Source: Myxococcota bacterium
GTDB lineage: Bacteria; Myxococcota_A; UBA796; CAJQPC01
Direction: 5' to 3'
Assembly (NCBI GenBank): GCA_036012755.1
Contig: DASCPX010000070.1
Location: forward strand, 96,001-160,000
DNA length: 64,000 nt
The notes under the pieces are model-generated. The model made no database searches and was not told where the DNA came from. It saw nothing but the letters and a program-made list of their open reading frames with translations. The translations under genes and the position numbers were made by a program. How positions within the stretch are numbered: position 1 is the first letter of the stretch; every line of letters begins with the position of its first letter. Positions 46,825-56,650 of this stretch are shown piece after piece.

Positions 46825-46886
46825 GGCTCGCTCCTTCCGGGCGGCATCGTAGCACCGGGATAGAGGCGCACCTCGGAGGTGTGTCG

Positions 46887-47144
46887 ATGATGCTGATGGT
46901 GACCTGGGAACCGGGAAAGGAGAGCGAAGACTTCGTCAACGAGCTGAAGTCGTTGGGGAACTGGTCCAATCGCGTCCCTGGCGCCTGGATCCTCGACACG
47001 CCGCTGGCCCCGCAGAAGGTGCGGGATCTGCTGGGCACCAAGATGCCCGGAGAGCGGCTGTTCGTCGCTCGGATCACGCAGAACTGGGCGGGCAGGAACA
47101 TGGGGACGCAGTTCCCCGAGTGGATGAAGCGCCGCCAGTTCTGA
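46887..47144 (+). CDS. Small ferredoxin-like-fold protein (Cas2/VapD-like pattern)
   Basis: GGAGG RBS; MLMVTW..LKSLGNW..WILDT..VRDLL..RLFVARI..W. Confidence 0.55.
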   Translation: MMLMVTWEPGKESEDFVNELKSLGNWSNRVPGAWILDTPLAPQKVRDLLGTKMPGERLFVARITQNWAGRNMGTQFPEWMKRRQF

Positions 47145-47153
47145 GAGTCGGCC

Positions 47154-47624
47154 TCAGTTCAGCCACTCCCAGGCGCCGAGGTTTTCGTAGTCGAGGACCC
47201 GCCGCCCGGAGATGCCCGTCGACAGCGGGTGCCACCACAGGACGTGCTCCTCGCCGGATTTCCAGCAGAGGTAGACCTCGCGTCCGTTGCGCATCGCCGG
47301 GAAGTCCAGCAGCGGCTCCTCGATGCCCTTCACCTCGACACCTTCGGCGTGGATGTGCTCGACGACGCGGGCGATCTCCGCGCGGAGCTCCTCCACCTGC
47401 CCCATGAGCTCCTCCGGGTCGACCCGAGGCTCCGGCGCCCGAAGGGTCTGGACGAGCTGCCTCACCTGGCCGTAGCAGCCGCTCGCGTACTCGATGAGCT
47501 CGCGCAGACGGGGCAGAGCGGCGTTGGCCTCGGCGGGCGTGAAGTAGCGGACTCGGGGCGGGCGCTCGGTCTCCACGCTCCAGAGCCTATCGCGGTCAGC
47601 GTCTACCGGTGGCGAAGGCGTCAC
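47154..47624 (-). CDS. DUF2203 family protein
   Basis: FTPAEANAALP, GVEVKG..LLDFP..GREVYLCWK.GE..WWH..G..GR. Confidence 0.85.
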   Translation of the reverse strand: MTPSPPVDADRDRLWSVETERPPRVRYFTPAEANAALPRLRELIEYASGCYGQVRQLVQTLRAPEPRVDPEELMGQVEELRAEIARVVEHIHAEGVEVKGIEEPLLDFPAMRNGREVYLCWKSGEEHVLWWHPLSTGISGRRVLDYENLGAWEWLN

Positions 47625-47674
47625 GTAGAGGGCAGTCTTGGCGTAGGGTTCAGTGATCGTCTGTGGGACTACTC

Positions 47675-49567
47675 ATGCTTCTTCTCTCCCTCGCGTGCAT
47701 CCAGTACGATTTCAACAAGGACGGCGACGTCACTCCGGGCTTCGAGCACGACTCCTCGGAGCCCTGCCCGCCGGGCGTCGACTGCTCAGAGGACAGCGAG
47801 GTCCCCGACGACTCGGACTCGCAGGTGGAGCTGGACTACTGCGATGACAAGTACTTCGAGGCTGGTGAGCTCTCTCCGGTCGACGAGTGCTACAACGAGC
47901 CCACGACCGGCACGTGGAACCCGGTCATCGAGTGGACCTCCTCGGCGCCGAGCGGGGTCTACACGACCCCCGTCATCGGCAACCTCACGGACGACAACGG
48001 CGACGGCAAGATCGACGAGGACGACATCCCCGACGTCGTGGTGGGCAACACCTCGGGTGTGTACTGGGCTCTGGAGGGGGACTCTGGCGCGACCATCTGG
48101 TCAGCCGGCAGCCTCGGAAGCGAGCCCATGACCGCGGCCATCGGCGACGTCGACGGCGACGGCAACCCCGACGTCGTAGGTGCTGGCTCCGGCGGAATCC
48201 AGGCCTTCAACGGCGAGGACGGGAGCTCGCTGTGGCTGGTCAGCGCCTACTCCGGTGGCAGCAGCCCGCAGTGCGGCGCGGTCGGGCTCCACGACCTCGA
48301 CGGCGACGGGGATGTCGAGGTCATCATCGGCAACGCGATCTACGACGGGTCCACCGGGAGCCTCAACGCCCAGGGCAGCTACGGCGCTGGTGCGGGACAT
48401 GCGTGGGCGGCGCCCATGGGTGTGGCCGCGGACATCGACGCCGACGGTGACCTCGAGGTCGTGGTGGGCAACGCCATCTACGACGAAAACGGCAACGCCG
48501 AGTGGTACAACGGCCTCTCCGATGGCTTCGTCGCGGTCGGTCAGTTCGACTCGGACCCATACGGCGAGATCGTCGTCTCCCACACGGGCTCGCTGCGGCT
48601 CCAGGATGACGACGGCACCGAGATCTGGACCCTGAGCGGCCTGACCGGGAGCACCATCGGTCCGCCGACGGTCGCGGACTTCGACGGTGACGGCGACCCC
48701 GAGATCGGCGTGGCCGGTAACGGCGTCTACATCGTCGTCGACAAGGACGGCAACGAGCTCTGGCAGAACACGGTGCAGGACTACTCCAGCGGCTTCACCG
48801 GCTCCTCGGTCTTCGACTTCGAGGGTGACGGCGCCGCAGAGGTCGTCTACGCCGACGAGGTGGCCGTCTGGGTCTACGACGGGGCCACCGGGGCGGTGAA
48901 GCTCAAGGAGACCCAGCACTCCAGCGCCACCTGCAGCGAGTACCCGGCGGTCGCCGATGTCGACAACGACGGCAACGCCGAGATCATCTACAGCTCCAGC
49001 CCCTACGGCTCACCGAGCTACTCCGGCGTCACGGTCATCGGCGACGACGACGACAGCTGGCAGCGGGGCCGCCCGGTCTGGAACCAGCACGGCTACTTCA
49101 TCACCAACGTCGACGACGACTCGACGATCCCGAAGACCCAGGACACGAACTGGCTCACCTACAACAACTTCCGGTCCGGTGACATCCTCGCCGGCACCGG
49201 CGGCGTGATGCCCGACCTCGTGGTGAAGCTCGACCACGTCTGCGACACCGAGTGCGACCGCGGCACGCTCTGGGTCTGGGGCCGGGTCGGCAACCAGGGC
49301 CACGAGGACGTGGTGGACCCCTTCGAGGTCGTGCTCTCGGTCATCACCCCCGACGGCGAGAAGCAGATCGCCAGCCAGACCGTGACCAGCGGCCTCGCCT
49401 CCGGTGAGCTCAAGGACAGCATCGTCTTCGAGGTCGGCGGACTCGAGGGCTGGACGATCTACGACGTGCGCCTGGAGGTGGACGGAGGGAACGCCGACGA
49501 GGGCGACATCCGCGAGTGCAACGAAGACAACGACGAGGACAGCTGGGGCACCAGCGTCTGCCTGTAG
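47675..49567 (+). CDS. FG-GAP repeat lipoprotein with C-terminal CARDB-like domain
   Basis: MLLLSLAC; DxDGDGxxE repeats; SSVFDFEGDG.AEVVYADE, WNQHGY; PDL..VGNQG..ECNEDN. Confidence 0.85.
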   Translation: MLLLSLACIQYDFNKDGDVTPGFEHDSSEPCPPGVDCSEDSEVPDDSDSQVELDYCDDKYFEAGELSPVDECYNEPTTGTWNPVIEWTSSAPSGVYTTPVIGNLTDDNGDGKIDEDDIPDVVVGNTSGVYWALEGDSGATIWSAGSLGSEPMTAAIGDVDGDGNPDVVGAGSGGIQAFNGEDGSSLWLVSAYSGGSSPQCGAVGLHDLDGDGDVEVIIGNAIYDGSTGSLNAQGSYGAGAGHAWAAPMGVAADIDADGDLEVVVGNAIYDENGNAEWYNGLSDGFVAVGQFDSDPYGEIVVSHTGSLRLQDDDGTEIWTLSGLTGSTIGPPTVADFDGDGDPEIGVAGNGVYIVVDKDGNELWQNTVQDYSSGFTGSSVFDFEGDGAAEVVYADEVAVWVYDGATGAVKLKETQHSSATCSEYPAVADVDNDGNAEIIYSSSPYGSPSYSGVTVIGDDDDSWQRGRPVWNQHGYFITNVDDDSTIPKTQDTNWLTYNNFRSGDILAGTGGVMPDLVVKLDHVCDTECDRGTLWVWGRVGNQGHEDVVDPFEVVLSVITPDGEKQIASQTVTSGLASGELKDSIVFEVGGLEGWTIYDVRLEVDGGNADEGDIRECNEDNDEDSWGTSVCL

Positions 49568-49577
49568 GCAACGCCGC

Positions 49578-50027
49578 CTACAGCTCCCCGAGCTCCCCTC
49601 CGGCCGAGGCCCAGGCGCCGAGGCCGCCCTCCAGCGAGGTGGCGTTGATCAGGCCCTTCTGTCGCAACAGGGTCGCGGCCTCCAGGCTGCGCGCCCCGGT
49701 GGCGCAGTAGCAGACGATCTCGTCTGCGTCCTTCAGCTCCTCCCACCGCGTCCTCAGCTGGGAGAGCTCGATGTGCAGCGCTCCCGGAAGGACGCCGCTG
49801 GCGACCTCCGCCGAGGTGCGCACGTCCACGATGACGATGTGCTCGCCGACTTCGAGGCGTTCCCTGAGCTCCTGTGCTCCGCACTCGATGTTCGCGAGGT
49901 TCGAGTAGTCCTCATCGGAAGCTTCCCTTCGGGGCTCGCGGGGCGGTCGCGGGGGCCGCTTCGGGCCGGAGTCGTCCAGGCCGAGGGCGCGCCTGGCGAT
50001 GCTCTTGAGCGTGCTGCGAATGCCCAT
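49578..50027 (-). CDS. Rhodanese-domain protein
   Basis: VDVRT..E..GVLPGALHI, YCATGARS, LEGGLGAW. Confidence 0.88.
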   Translation of the reverse strand: MGIRSTLKSIARRALGLDDSGPKRPPRPPREPRREASDEDYSNLANIECGAQELRERLEVGEHIVIVDVRTSAEVASGVLPGALHIELSQLRTRWEELKDADEIVCYCATGARSLEAATLLRQKGLINATSLEGGLGAWASAGGELGEL

Positions 50028-50050
50028 CTCCGAGACCTCCGAGCCGACCT

Positions 50051-52162
50051 CTACCACGAACCCCAGTCCGTGGGTTCTGGACTGCGGAGGAAGAGGAGGT
50101 GGCGCTCTCCGGTGAGCCGTCCGTGGGAGATGATTGCGCTCTGCAGCGGCTCGCCGTCCAGCAGCACAGCCGCTGTGTAGTCCCCCTCGCCGTGTGCCTC
50201 GATCGTCAAGGCGCCTCCTGGCCGATCGATGACCGCGACCTCGAACCGCGGGGTGGTCAGGACGTAGTCGTCCGTGCCGTTGAGGGGGTAGAGGCCAAGG
50301 GTCGCGAAGCAGTACCAGGCAGACAGCGTGCCCCCGTCGTCGTTGCCGTCGAGCCCCCCCGGACCGGCGGAGTAGCGGGTCTCGAGGATCCACTTCACCC
50401 AGCGCTGGGTCTGACTCGGGTCTCCCAGGGCGGCGAAGAGGAAGGCGTAGTGCAGGTCGGGCTCGTTCCCGTGCCAGTAGTAGGGGTCCGGCGCGAAGGT
50501 GTCCTCCTCGTCGGCGGAGAGCTCGAAGATCTCGGACAGCCGCGCCCGCAGCTCCGCGGGGCCACCGTAGAGCTCCGCGAGACCCTCGACGTCGTGGGGT
50601 GCCAGGAAGGCGTACTGGTAGGGGTTGCCCTCGACGTAGGGGTCGGGCCAGCCCTCCATCTCCATCTCGACCCAGCTGCCGTCGGAGTTCCGCCCCTGCA
50701 TCCAGCCGGTCTCGGGGTTGAAGACGTTCTGGTAGCTAGCAGAGCGGGAAAACAGCATGCGGGCTTCGTCTGCGCGACCCAGCTCCGCCGCCCACATCGC
50801 GAGGCCGGCGTCGTCGATGGCGTACTCCTGGGTCTTGGAGACTCCCCCGTGCTCCAGGTCGTGGGGGATCCAGCCGTGGTCGAGGTAGTACTCGCCCCGG
50901 GAGCGCTCGGCCTCCGGGTCGGTCGCGGTGGTCCAGGCGACCTCGAAGGCCTCCTCCGCGGGCCAGTCGGTGACTCCCTTGCGCATGGACTCGCCGAGCA
51001 CGATGTCCGCGCTGTGGCCGACCATGGACCCGGACTCGATGACCCCGGCGGGCCAGCGGGGGATGAAGCCGCGCTTTGCGCCCATGTCCGCCAGGCTGTG
51101 GGCGTGGTCCGCGGCCAGCTCTGGCCAGGCCAGGATGACCCAGGGGTGCAGCGTCCGGTACGTGTCCCACAGGCTGAAGTCCGTGTAGTAGGTCCAGCCA
51201 TCGGCTTCGTGGACCTCCAGGTCGAGCCCCCGATAGCGTCCGTCGATGTCGGTGAAGAGTGTCGGCATCATGCGCGTGTGCATGAGCGCGGAGGAGAACA
51301 GCACCTGCTCCTCTTCCGTGCCGCCGGCGATCCGCACGTTGCCGAGGGCCTCGTCCCAGGAACGCCACGCCTGCTCGACGGTCGCCGCGAAGTCCCAGCT
51401 CGGGAGCTCGACCTCGAGGTTGTTCCGCGCCCCGTCGAGGTCCACCGCCGAGAGCCCGACTTGCAGCTCGACGTCCGCGTCGAAGCGGAAGGCTGCCTTG
51501 TCACCCTCTGCGACGACCTCTGCCGCGGGGACAGAGAACCGTCCCACCGTGAACAGGGGCAGGTGGTCGTCCTCGTTCGAGGTCACGTTGCCCCGGAACT
51601 CGATCTCTCCCGAAAAACCAGCGGCGTCGGCCTCGATGCTCGCGACGTGCTCGCTGATGTCGCTGGCGGACCCGGCGCTGAGATCGACGATGAGCCAGCG
51701 CTCCTCGTCGTGCCACTGGTAGCGGTGGTGCGCCGCGCGGGGAGTCGCCGTGAGCTCGACGAGCCCCTCCGGGATCTCCACCCTGTAGAAGCCTGGCCAG
51801 GCCTCTTCGTCCTCGTGGGACAGGGGCGCGCGGAGGTCGTTGGCGTCGAAGCTCGAGGAGTCGGACATCACCACGCGCACCGCGCCGCCGTCGCTGACGC
51901 CGATGCCCGGGAGCCGGTAGTGGGAGAAGCCCTCGAGGTGGGTGTCGGGGAAGTTGTAGCCGGCGCTGTGGTTGAAGGAGGGGCGCGCGCCGTCGACGCT
52001 GGTGTCGGGGCCGACCTTGACGAGACCGTCTGGCGCGCTCGCCGCCGGGCTCAGGCCGCCGTAGCCGAAGCCGAGCCCGCCGGTTCCGATGAAGACGTTG
52101 GCATGCTCGGCCAGGTCGACCGGTTGCCAGGGGTCTGGGGTGCAGGCGAGGAGGAGGAACAT
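50051..52162 (-). CDS. GH92 alpha-1,2-mannosidase family lipoprotein
   Basis: MFLLLAC; NVFIGTGG, FSLWDTYRTLHP, YVEGN..QY, YWHGNEPD, GNDDGGTLSAW. Confidence 0.92.
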   Translation of the reverse strand: MFLLLACTPDPWQPVDLAEHANVFIGTGGLGFGYGGLSPAASAPDGLVKVGPDTSVDGARPSFNHSAGYNFPDTHLEGFSHYRLPGIGVSDGGAVRVVMSDSSSFDANDLRAPLSHEDEEAWPGFYRVEIPEGLVELTATPRAAHHRYQWHDEERWLIVDLSAGSASDISEHVASIEADAAGFSGEIEFRGNVTSNEDDHLPLFTVGRFSVPAAEVVAEGDKAAFRFDADVELQVGLSAVDLDGARNNLEVELPSWDFAATVEQAWRSWDEALGNVRIAGGTEEEQVLFSSALMHTRMMPTLFTDIDGRYRGLDLEVHEADGWTYYTDFSLWDTYRTLHPWVILAWPELAADHAHSLADMGAKRGFIPRWPAGVIESGSMVGHSADIVLGESMRKGVTDWPAEEAFEVAWTTATDPEAERSRGEYYLDHGWIPHDLEHGGVSKTQEYAIDDAGLAMWAAELGRADEARMLFSRSASYQNVFNPETGWMQGRNSDGSWVEMEMEGWPDPYVEGNPYQYAFLAPHDVEGLAELYGGPAELRARLSEIFELSADEEDTFAPDPYYWHGNEPDLHYAFLFAALGDPSQTQRWVKWILETRYSAGPGGLDGNDDGGTLSAWYCFATLGLYPLNGTDDYVLTTPRFEVAVIDRPGGALTIEAHGEGDYTAAVLLDGEPLQSAIISHGRLTGERHLLFLRSPEPTDWGSW

Positions 52163-52188
52163 CGAGGGCTGAGACAATAGGGCTCCGC

Positions 52189-53769
52189 ATGGACCGGCGC
52201 ACCCGCCAGATCTCCGCAGTCGTCACCGCGCTGGCCGTGGCCTGGGCCGTCTGGCGGGCTCGAGCGGAGACCTGGGTCTGTGACGACGCCTTCATCTCCT
52301 TCCGCTACGCGCGCAACCTCGTCGAGGGGCACGGGCTCGTCTTCAACGCAGGCGAGCGTCTCGAGGGCTACACGAACTTCCTGTGGACCCTGCTGATCGC
52401 CGGAGGCCTGGCGCTGGATCTCGACCCTGTCGCGGTCGCCGCGGCGCTCGGCATCGCCGCCTATGCCGTGCTCGTCGGCCTGCTCGGCTTCCGTCGGCTC
52501 GAGACGGGCTGGCCGCTGGCTGCGCTGGCCTGTGCGCTCCACCTCCACCTCCAACGCTTCGCGACCGGGGGCCTGGAGACCATGCTGTTCACGCTGCTGG
52601 TGACGGCGACGGTGCTGCAGGCCGCTAGGGCCGAGACACGCCGGGCCTGGCTCGTGGTCGGCCTCCTCGGCGCCCTGGCGACCCTCACTCGCCCGGAGGG
52701 GGCCGCGGTGCTGCTCCTCTGCGCTCTGTCCGGGCGCCGCAAGGGCGGCTGGGCGCTGGCGGTCGGCGCCGCGATCGGGATCCCCTATGTCGCCTGGAAG
52801 CTGTGGTGGTTCGGCGAGCTCCTCCCGAACACCTGGTACGCCAAGGGTGGCAGCGACTGGGCTCAAGGGCTCCTCCACCTTCGCCTCTACACCCAGGCCT
52901 ATTGGCCGGTGATGGTCGGCATGCTCGCGGCCTGCGTCTTGGCCTGGAGGACCCGGGGTCGCCTGCCCCTGCTCATCACCGCAGTCTGCGGCGTGCTCAT
53001 CCTCCACTTCGCGAGGGTCGGCGACTTCATGTTCGCGCGCTTCTGCCTGCCCTTTACGCCCCTGCTGCTCGTCGCCCTCGAAGAGGCCCTTCCGAGGAAG
53101 TACGGCGCCCTGTGGACCGCGCTCGTGGGGGCGGCGATCGTGATGTCCCCCTACCCGGGACAGCTGCGAGCGAGGCCAGGAGATCCTGGCGGTGTCTCGG
53201 GCATCCTCGAAGAGAAGGACTGGTACCCGCCCGAGTGGGTGGCCGAGGCCCAGCGGCAAGGGTCGATCATCGCCGAGAAGGCAGGGGGCATCGACCTCCA
53301 CGCGGCCTACTACGGGACCCAGGCGATGCTCGTCTACCACGGGCGCGTCCGAGCGCTGGAGGCCCACGTGGGGCTCACCGACTTCGAGGTCGCGAGGCTT
53401 CCGATCCCAGAGGACGCCCGGACCGGACACGGCCAGAAGACCACTCCGGAGTACCTGCGGGGCCGCGGCGTGGACGTCGTCTTCGACTACCGGCTGTCCC
53501 AGGAGGCCAACCGCTTCGAGACCATCGACTTCGGCGAGGGGGTCACGGGCAAGCTGTCGTGCTGGCGGGGAGAGGTGCTGCGTCCCCTGTCCGAGCGCGG
53601 GGTGGTCGTCTTCGACGTGCCCGGCTTCCTCGACGGCTACATCGCCGCGATGTCCGACTTCGAGGACTCCAAGGTGGAGGCGGACTTCGCCTGGATGGAG
53701 GGCTTCTACTTCGACCACAACGACGACCAGCCTCGCCGCCGCGCCTTCCTGGAGCGCCTGGGCCGTTGA
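52189..53769 (+). CDS. GT-C-fold membrane glycosyltransferase (AftB-like)
   Basis: CDDAFISFRYARNL, ERLEGYTNFLW, GLET, TRPEG, PNTWYAK, GLTD..GH.K; many TM segments. Confidence 0.8.
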   Translation: MDRRTRQISAVVTALAVAWAVWRARAETWVCDDAFISFRYARNLVEGHGLVFNAGERLEGYTNFLWTLLIAGGLALDLDPVAVAAALGIAAYAVLVGLLGFRRLETGWPLAALACALHLHLQRFATGGLETMLFTLLVTATVLQAARAETRRAWLVVGLLGALATLTRPEGAAVLLLCALSGRRKGGWALAVGAAIGIPYVAWKLWWFGELLPNTWYAKGGSDWAQGLLHLRLYTQAYWPVMVGMLAACVLAWRTRGRLPLLITAVCGVLILHFARVGDFMFARFCLPFTPLLLVALEEALPRKYGALWTALVGAAIVMSPYPGQLRARPGDPGGVSGILEEKDWYPPEWVAEAQRQGSIIAEKAGGIDLHAAYYGTQAMLVYHGRVRALEAHVGLTDFEVARLPIPEDARTGHGQKTTPEYLRGRGVDVVFDYRLSQEANRFETIDFGEGVTGKLSCWRGEVLRPLSERGVVVFDVPGFLDGYIAAMSDFEDSKVEADFAWMEGFYFDHNDDQPRRRAFLERLGR

Positions 53770-53771
53770 GG

Positions 53772-54035
53772 TTGAAGGTGGCCGTCTGGGAGGTCCTTGG
53801 GACAGCGCGACTGCGCCAGCTGCTGATGGGCGGGCTGGCGCCGGTGCAGATCCTGGAGCGTCTCCCGCCGGAAACGGTGGCCGCGTTGTCGATCGAAGAC
53901 AACCCCACGCTGGCTCGACGCGAGGCCCTGGAGGCCATCGTCCTCGCGCTCGACGAGCTCGTGGGTGAGGGCCGCGTCAGGCGCGGGCGCCGGCGCCTGA
54001 AGAGCTCGATCGTGGATGTCTACTGCAGGCGCTGA
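53772..54035 (+). CDS. Small hypothetical protein
   Basis: TTG start just after the GT-C stop; 87 aa, helical. Confidence 0.4.
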   Translation: MKVAVWEVLGTARLRQLLMGGLAPVQILERLPPETVAALSIEDNPTLARREALEAIVLALDELVGEGRVRRGRRRLKSSIVDVYCRR

Positions 54036-54553
54036 TCGACCCATTCCTCCAGCCTCGGCCCGATCACGGCCATGCCCTCGGCGACGAGGGCGCTCCAGGG
54101 ATCGTCGGAGCGGGGCTGGCGCCGGACGAGCTCCAGGCTGGCGAACTCGTAGAGCCGAAGGTGGCGGAAGAGCAGGGCGTTGTGAGGGAGGCCGAAGGCG
54201 TCGGGGATGCCGTCGGCGTCGACCTTCAGGCCGTCGAGACGGTAGACGGTGTCGCCGATGCGGGTGGTGTGGTCGATGTCGGTGGCCCAGGCCTCCCAGA
54301 GCACGATCTCGGCGTCGAGCTCGGGCAGCCATCGGCGCAGGGCGGCCTCCTTGGCGTCGAAGGTGAAGGCGGGTGCGGCGAAGTTGTGCACGCACCAGGC
54401 GGTGGTGCCGTCGAGGTCCATGAGCTCCACGCCCTGGCCGTCGCGCACGACCTGCACCGCAGGAGACGGGTTCCAGACCCGCACGCCACACTCGGCCAGC
54501 ACCAGGCCGGCGAGCAGGCCGAGCGACAGCTTCGCGAGGCGCCCGAGCTTCAC
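54020..54553 (-). pseudogene. SGNH/GDSL-hydrolase-like remnant
   Basis: TM anchor LAECGVR and block II/III-like VHNFAAPAF..IVLWEAWATD are present, but the GDS and DxxH blocks are absent. Confidence 0.45.
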
Positions 54554-55398
54554 GCCCCGATGATGCGCGATGCGCCCTCGCCGAAGGTGCCTGCAGGGTC
54601 TCCCAGGATCTCCGCGAGTCGGCCCATCATCCGGCCCGCGCGGGTGCCGTCGATGAGGCGGTGATCGAAGACGAGCACTATCGGCAGGACGGGACGCACG
54701 GTGGGTACACCGTCGACCGGGACGACCTCGTCGACGACGCCGCTGATACCCCAGACCGTGCCCACGTGGAGGAGTCGCTCGGGGGGACTGAGGCTGGCGC
54801 CTCGGAACCAGATGCCGGGGACGCCGCGGTAGGTGGAGCCGACGTTGCTCACCGCGGCGGTGACCGGGACGCGCTTCCACACGAGCTTCGCCAGCAGTGG
54901 GCTGTGGGCGCTGCGACCCATGAGGCTCCACACGCGGTGGGCCACGGCGTCGGGCATGGCCTCGACGAACCTGGTGATCCGCTCGTTCGTGGAGTCGACG
55001 AGGTGCCCCTCGCGCTCGCTCCTGGCCTGCTTCGTCGTGTGCTCGGCGAGCTCTCGCAGGCTCATCGAGTCGACGTCGTGGACGGCGATCGTCGAGACCG
55101 CCATGCGCTCCTGGCCGGCGTGACCCACCAGGTTCACGGGCATGGCGAGGCCGACACTGGGCGCCTGGTAGATGTGGCGGCCGACGATGCGGCAGTTCGC
55201 CTCTGGATGCTCGTAAAGCACCCGGCCGATGGCCGCGCAGACCAGCGCGTTGATGCCGACCCCCTCGAGACCCTCGAGGTACTGCCGCGCCGCCAGGAAG
55301 TCGATGGCGGCGTTGCCGCTGACGTAGGCGCCCGAGGCGGGCTCGGAGAACCACCACAGCATGAAGCGCCGCAGCGCGCTCAGGCGCAGCTTCTGCAA
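54550..55398 (-). CDS. Stand-alone E2/CAT-like acyltransferase domain (His intact); start uncertain
   Basis: HPEANCRI, AVSNVGS, FDHRLIDG. Confidence 0.8.
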   Translation of the reverse strand: MQKLRLSALRRFMLWWFSEPASGAYVSGNAAIDFLAARQYLEGLEGVGINALVCAAIGRVLYEHPEANCRIVGRHIYQAPSVGLAMPVNLVGHAGQERMAVSTIAVHDVDSMSLRELAEHTTKQARSEREGHLVDSTNERITRFVEAMPDAVAHRVWSLMGRSAHSPLLAKLVWKRVPVTAAVSNVGSTYRGVPGIWFRGASLSPPERLLHVGTVWGISGVVDEVVPVDGVPTVRPVLPIVLVFDHRLIDGTRAGRMMGRLAEILGDPAGTFGEGASRIIGA

Positions 55399-55406
55399 GA
55401 GCTTCC

Positions 55407-55979
55407 CTAGAGGAAGGCGATGACGGCGAGGCCGGTGCCGACCCCGATGACCGTGCCCACGGTTGCGCCGACGAGGCTGTAGACGACTCGGCGGCGCTGG
55501 ACGCCCCGGCGGTAGCCCTCGATGTAGCCCTGCTGGTACTCGCTGCCGTAGCCCTGCCAGGGACCGGCGGGAACGCCAGGCACGACCACGGCCTCGATCG
55601 CGGGCACCGCTACGCAGCCGCAGGGGCCGATGAGGCAGCCCGCGCCAAAGCCGGCGAGGCCATGCAGGGCGTAGTCCTTGGCGAGCTTGGAGTCGGCCTG
55701 TCCGGCCTCGAAGCCATGGTGGTAGCCGAGCACGGGGTTGTCGGGCGGGGGCTCCTCTTCGATGACCTCCTCCTCGATGACCTCCTCGTCGAAGACTTCG
55801 TCGATGACCTCTTCTTCGCCTGGGTCCGCGTCCTCCCAGCCGTCCTCTTCGACCGCCGGCTCTTCGGACTCTTCGCCCCCGGCGGGGGTCTCCTCGGTAG
55901 TAGGGATCTCTTCGATCGCGGGGGTGTCCTCGTCGGCGAAGACCGGGGACGAGCCGAAGCAGAGCAGCAGTCCGAGCAA
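55407..55979 (-). CDS. Hypothetical exported/membrane protein with an acidic low-complexity region
   Basis: Signal peptide, EEEVI repeats, YxxGYxxGY motif, C-terminal TM. Confidence 0.65.
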   Translation of the reverse strand: MLGLLLCFGSSPVFADEDTPAIEEIPTTEETPAGGEESEEPAVEEDGWEDADPGEEEVIDEVFDEEVIEEEVIEEEPPPDNPVLGYHHGFEAGQADSKLAKDYALHGLAGFGAGCLIGPCGCVAVPAIEAVVVPGVPAGPWQGYGSEYQQGYIEGYRRGVQRRRVVYSLVGATVGTVIGVGTGLAVIAFL

Positions 55980-56086
55980 ACATCACCTCTCTCGATCAAG
56001 GTAGCTGTAGCCTGCGGCAGCTTGAAACAAAACCCGCATCCCAAGCAAATACGGGCCGGTTAGGCCAAGCCTGACCGGAGCTCTCC

Positions 56087-56650
56087 ATGATCGTCTTGTT
56101 CGCCCTGTCCTGCGCCTCACCGGCGCCGGTCGACTGCCCCGAGTGTCCCGCCTGTGCGGAGGCAGAGGCCACGCCACCCTCGACTGGAGCGCTCGAGCCC
56201 TGGCATCAGGAGCTCTTGCAGCCCTCGATCGACGATCTGAACGAGGGGGTGCGGCCTTGGGACGAGCAGGGCCTCGGGGTTTGCATGGGGGACCGCGAGT
56301 GCGACGCCTTCGTCGGCCTCGACGCCGGCGAGCTCACCGTGGGCGACCACATCGTCAAGGCCGAGCTGGCGGTGCCCCAGCTGGGAGAGGGCTGGCAGGT
56401 ACGGTTCGAGGTGGCCTGCACCGTCACGCTCCCGACCGGGAGCACCAAGCCCGTCGAGCACGACAAGGTCTACGACGTCACCTACACCGGTCCCAAGCGC
56501 GGCTACCGCCTGATGCCGCTCTGGCGCATCCAGTCCCCGCACCCGCAGGGCGCGCGCGACTGCGAGTACCGGCTCACCCCCCTGCGCCCCGACGGCTCCG
56601 CCGGTGACGCACTGACGGGAACCTACAAGACCCCAATGCCGGAGGCCTGA
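56087..56650 (+). CDS. Hypothetical lipoprotein
   Basis: MIVLFALSC; CPECPAC; GGAG RBS. Confidence 0.7.
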   Translation: MIVLFALSCASPAPVDCPECPACAEAEATPPSTGALEPWHQELLQPSIDDLNEGVRPWDEQGLGVCMGDRECDAFVGLDAGELTVGDHIVKAELAVPQLGEGWQVRFEVACTVTLPTGSTKPVEHDKVYDVTYTGPKRGYRLMPLWRIQSPHPQGARDCEYRLTPLRPDGSAGDALTGTYKTPMPEA

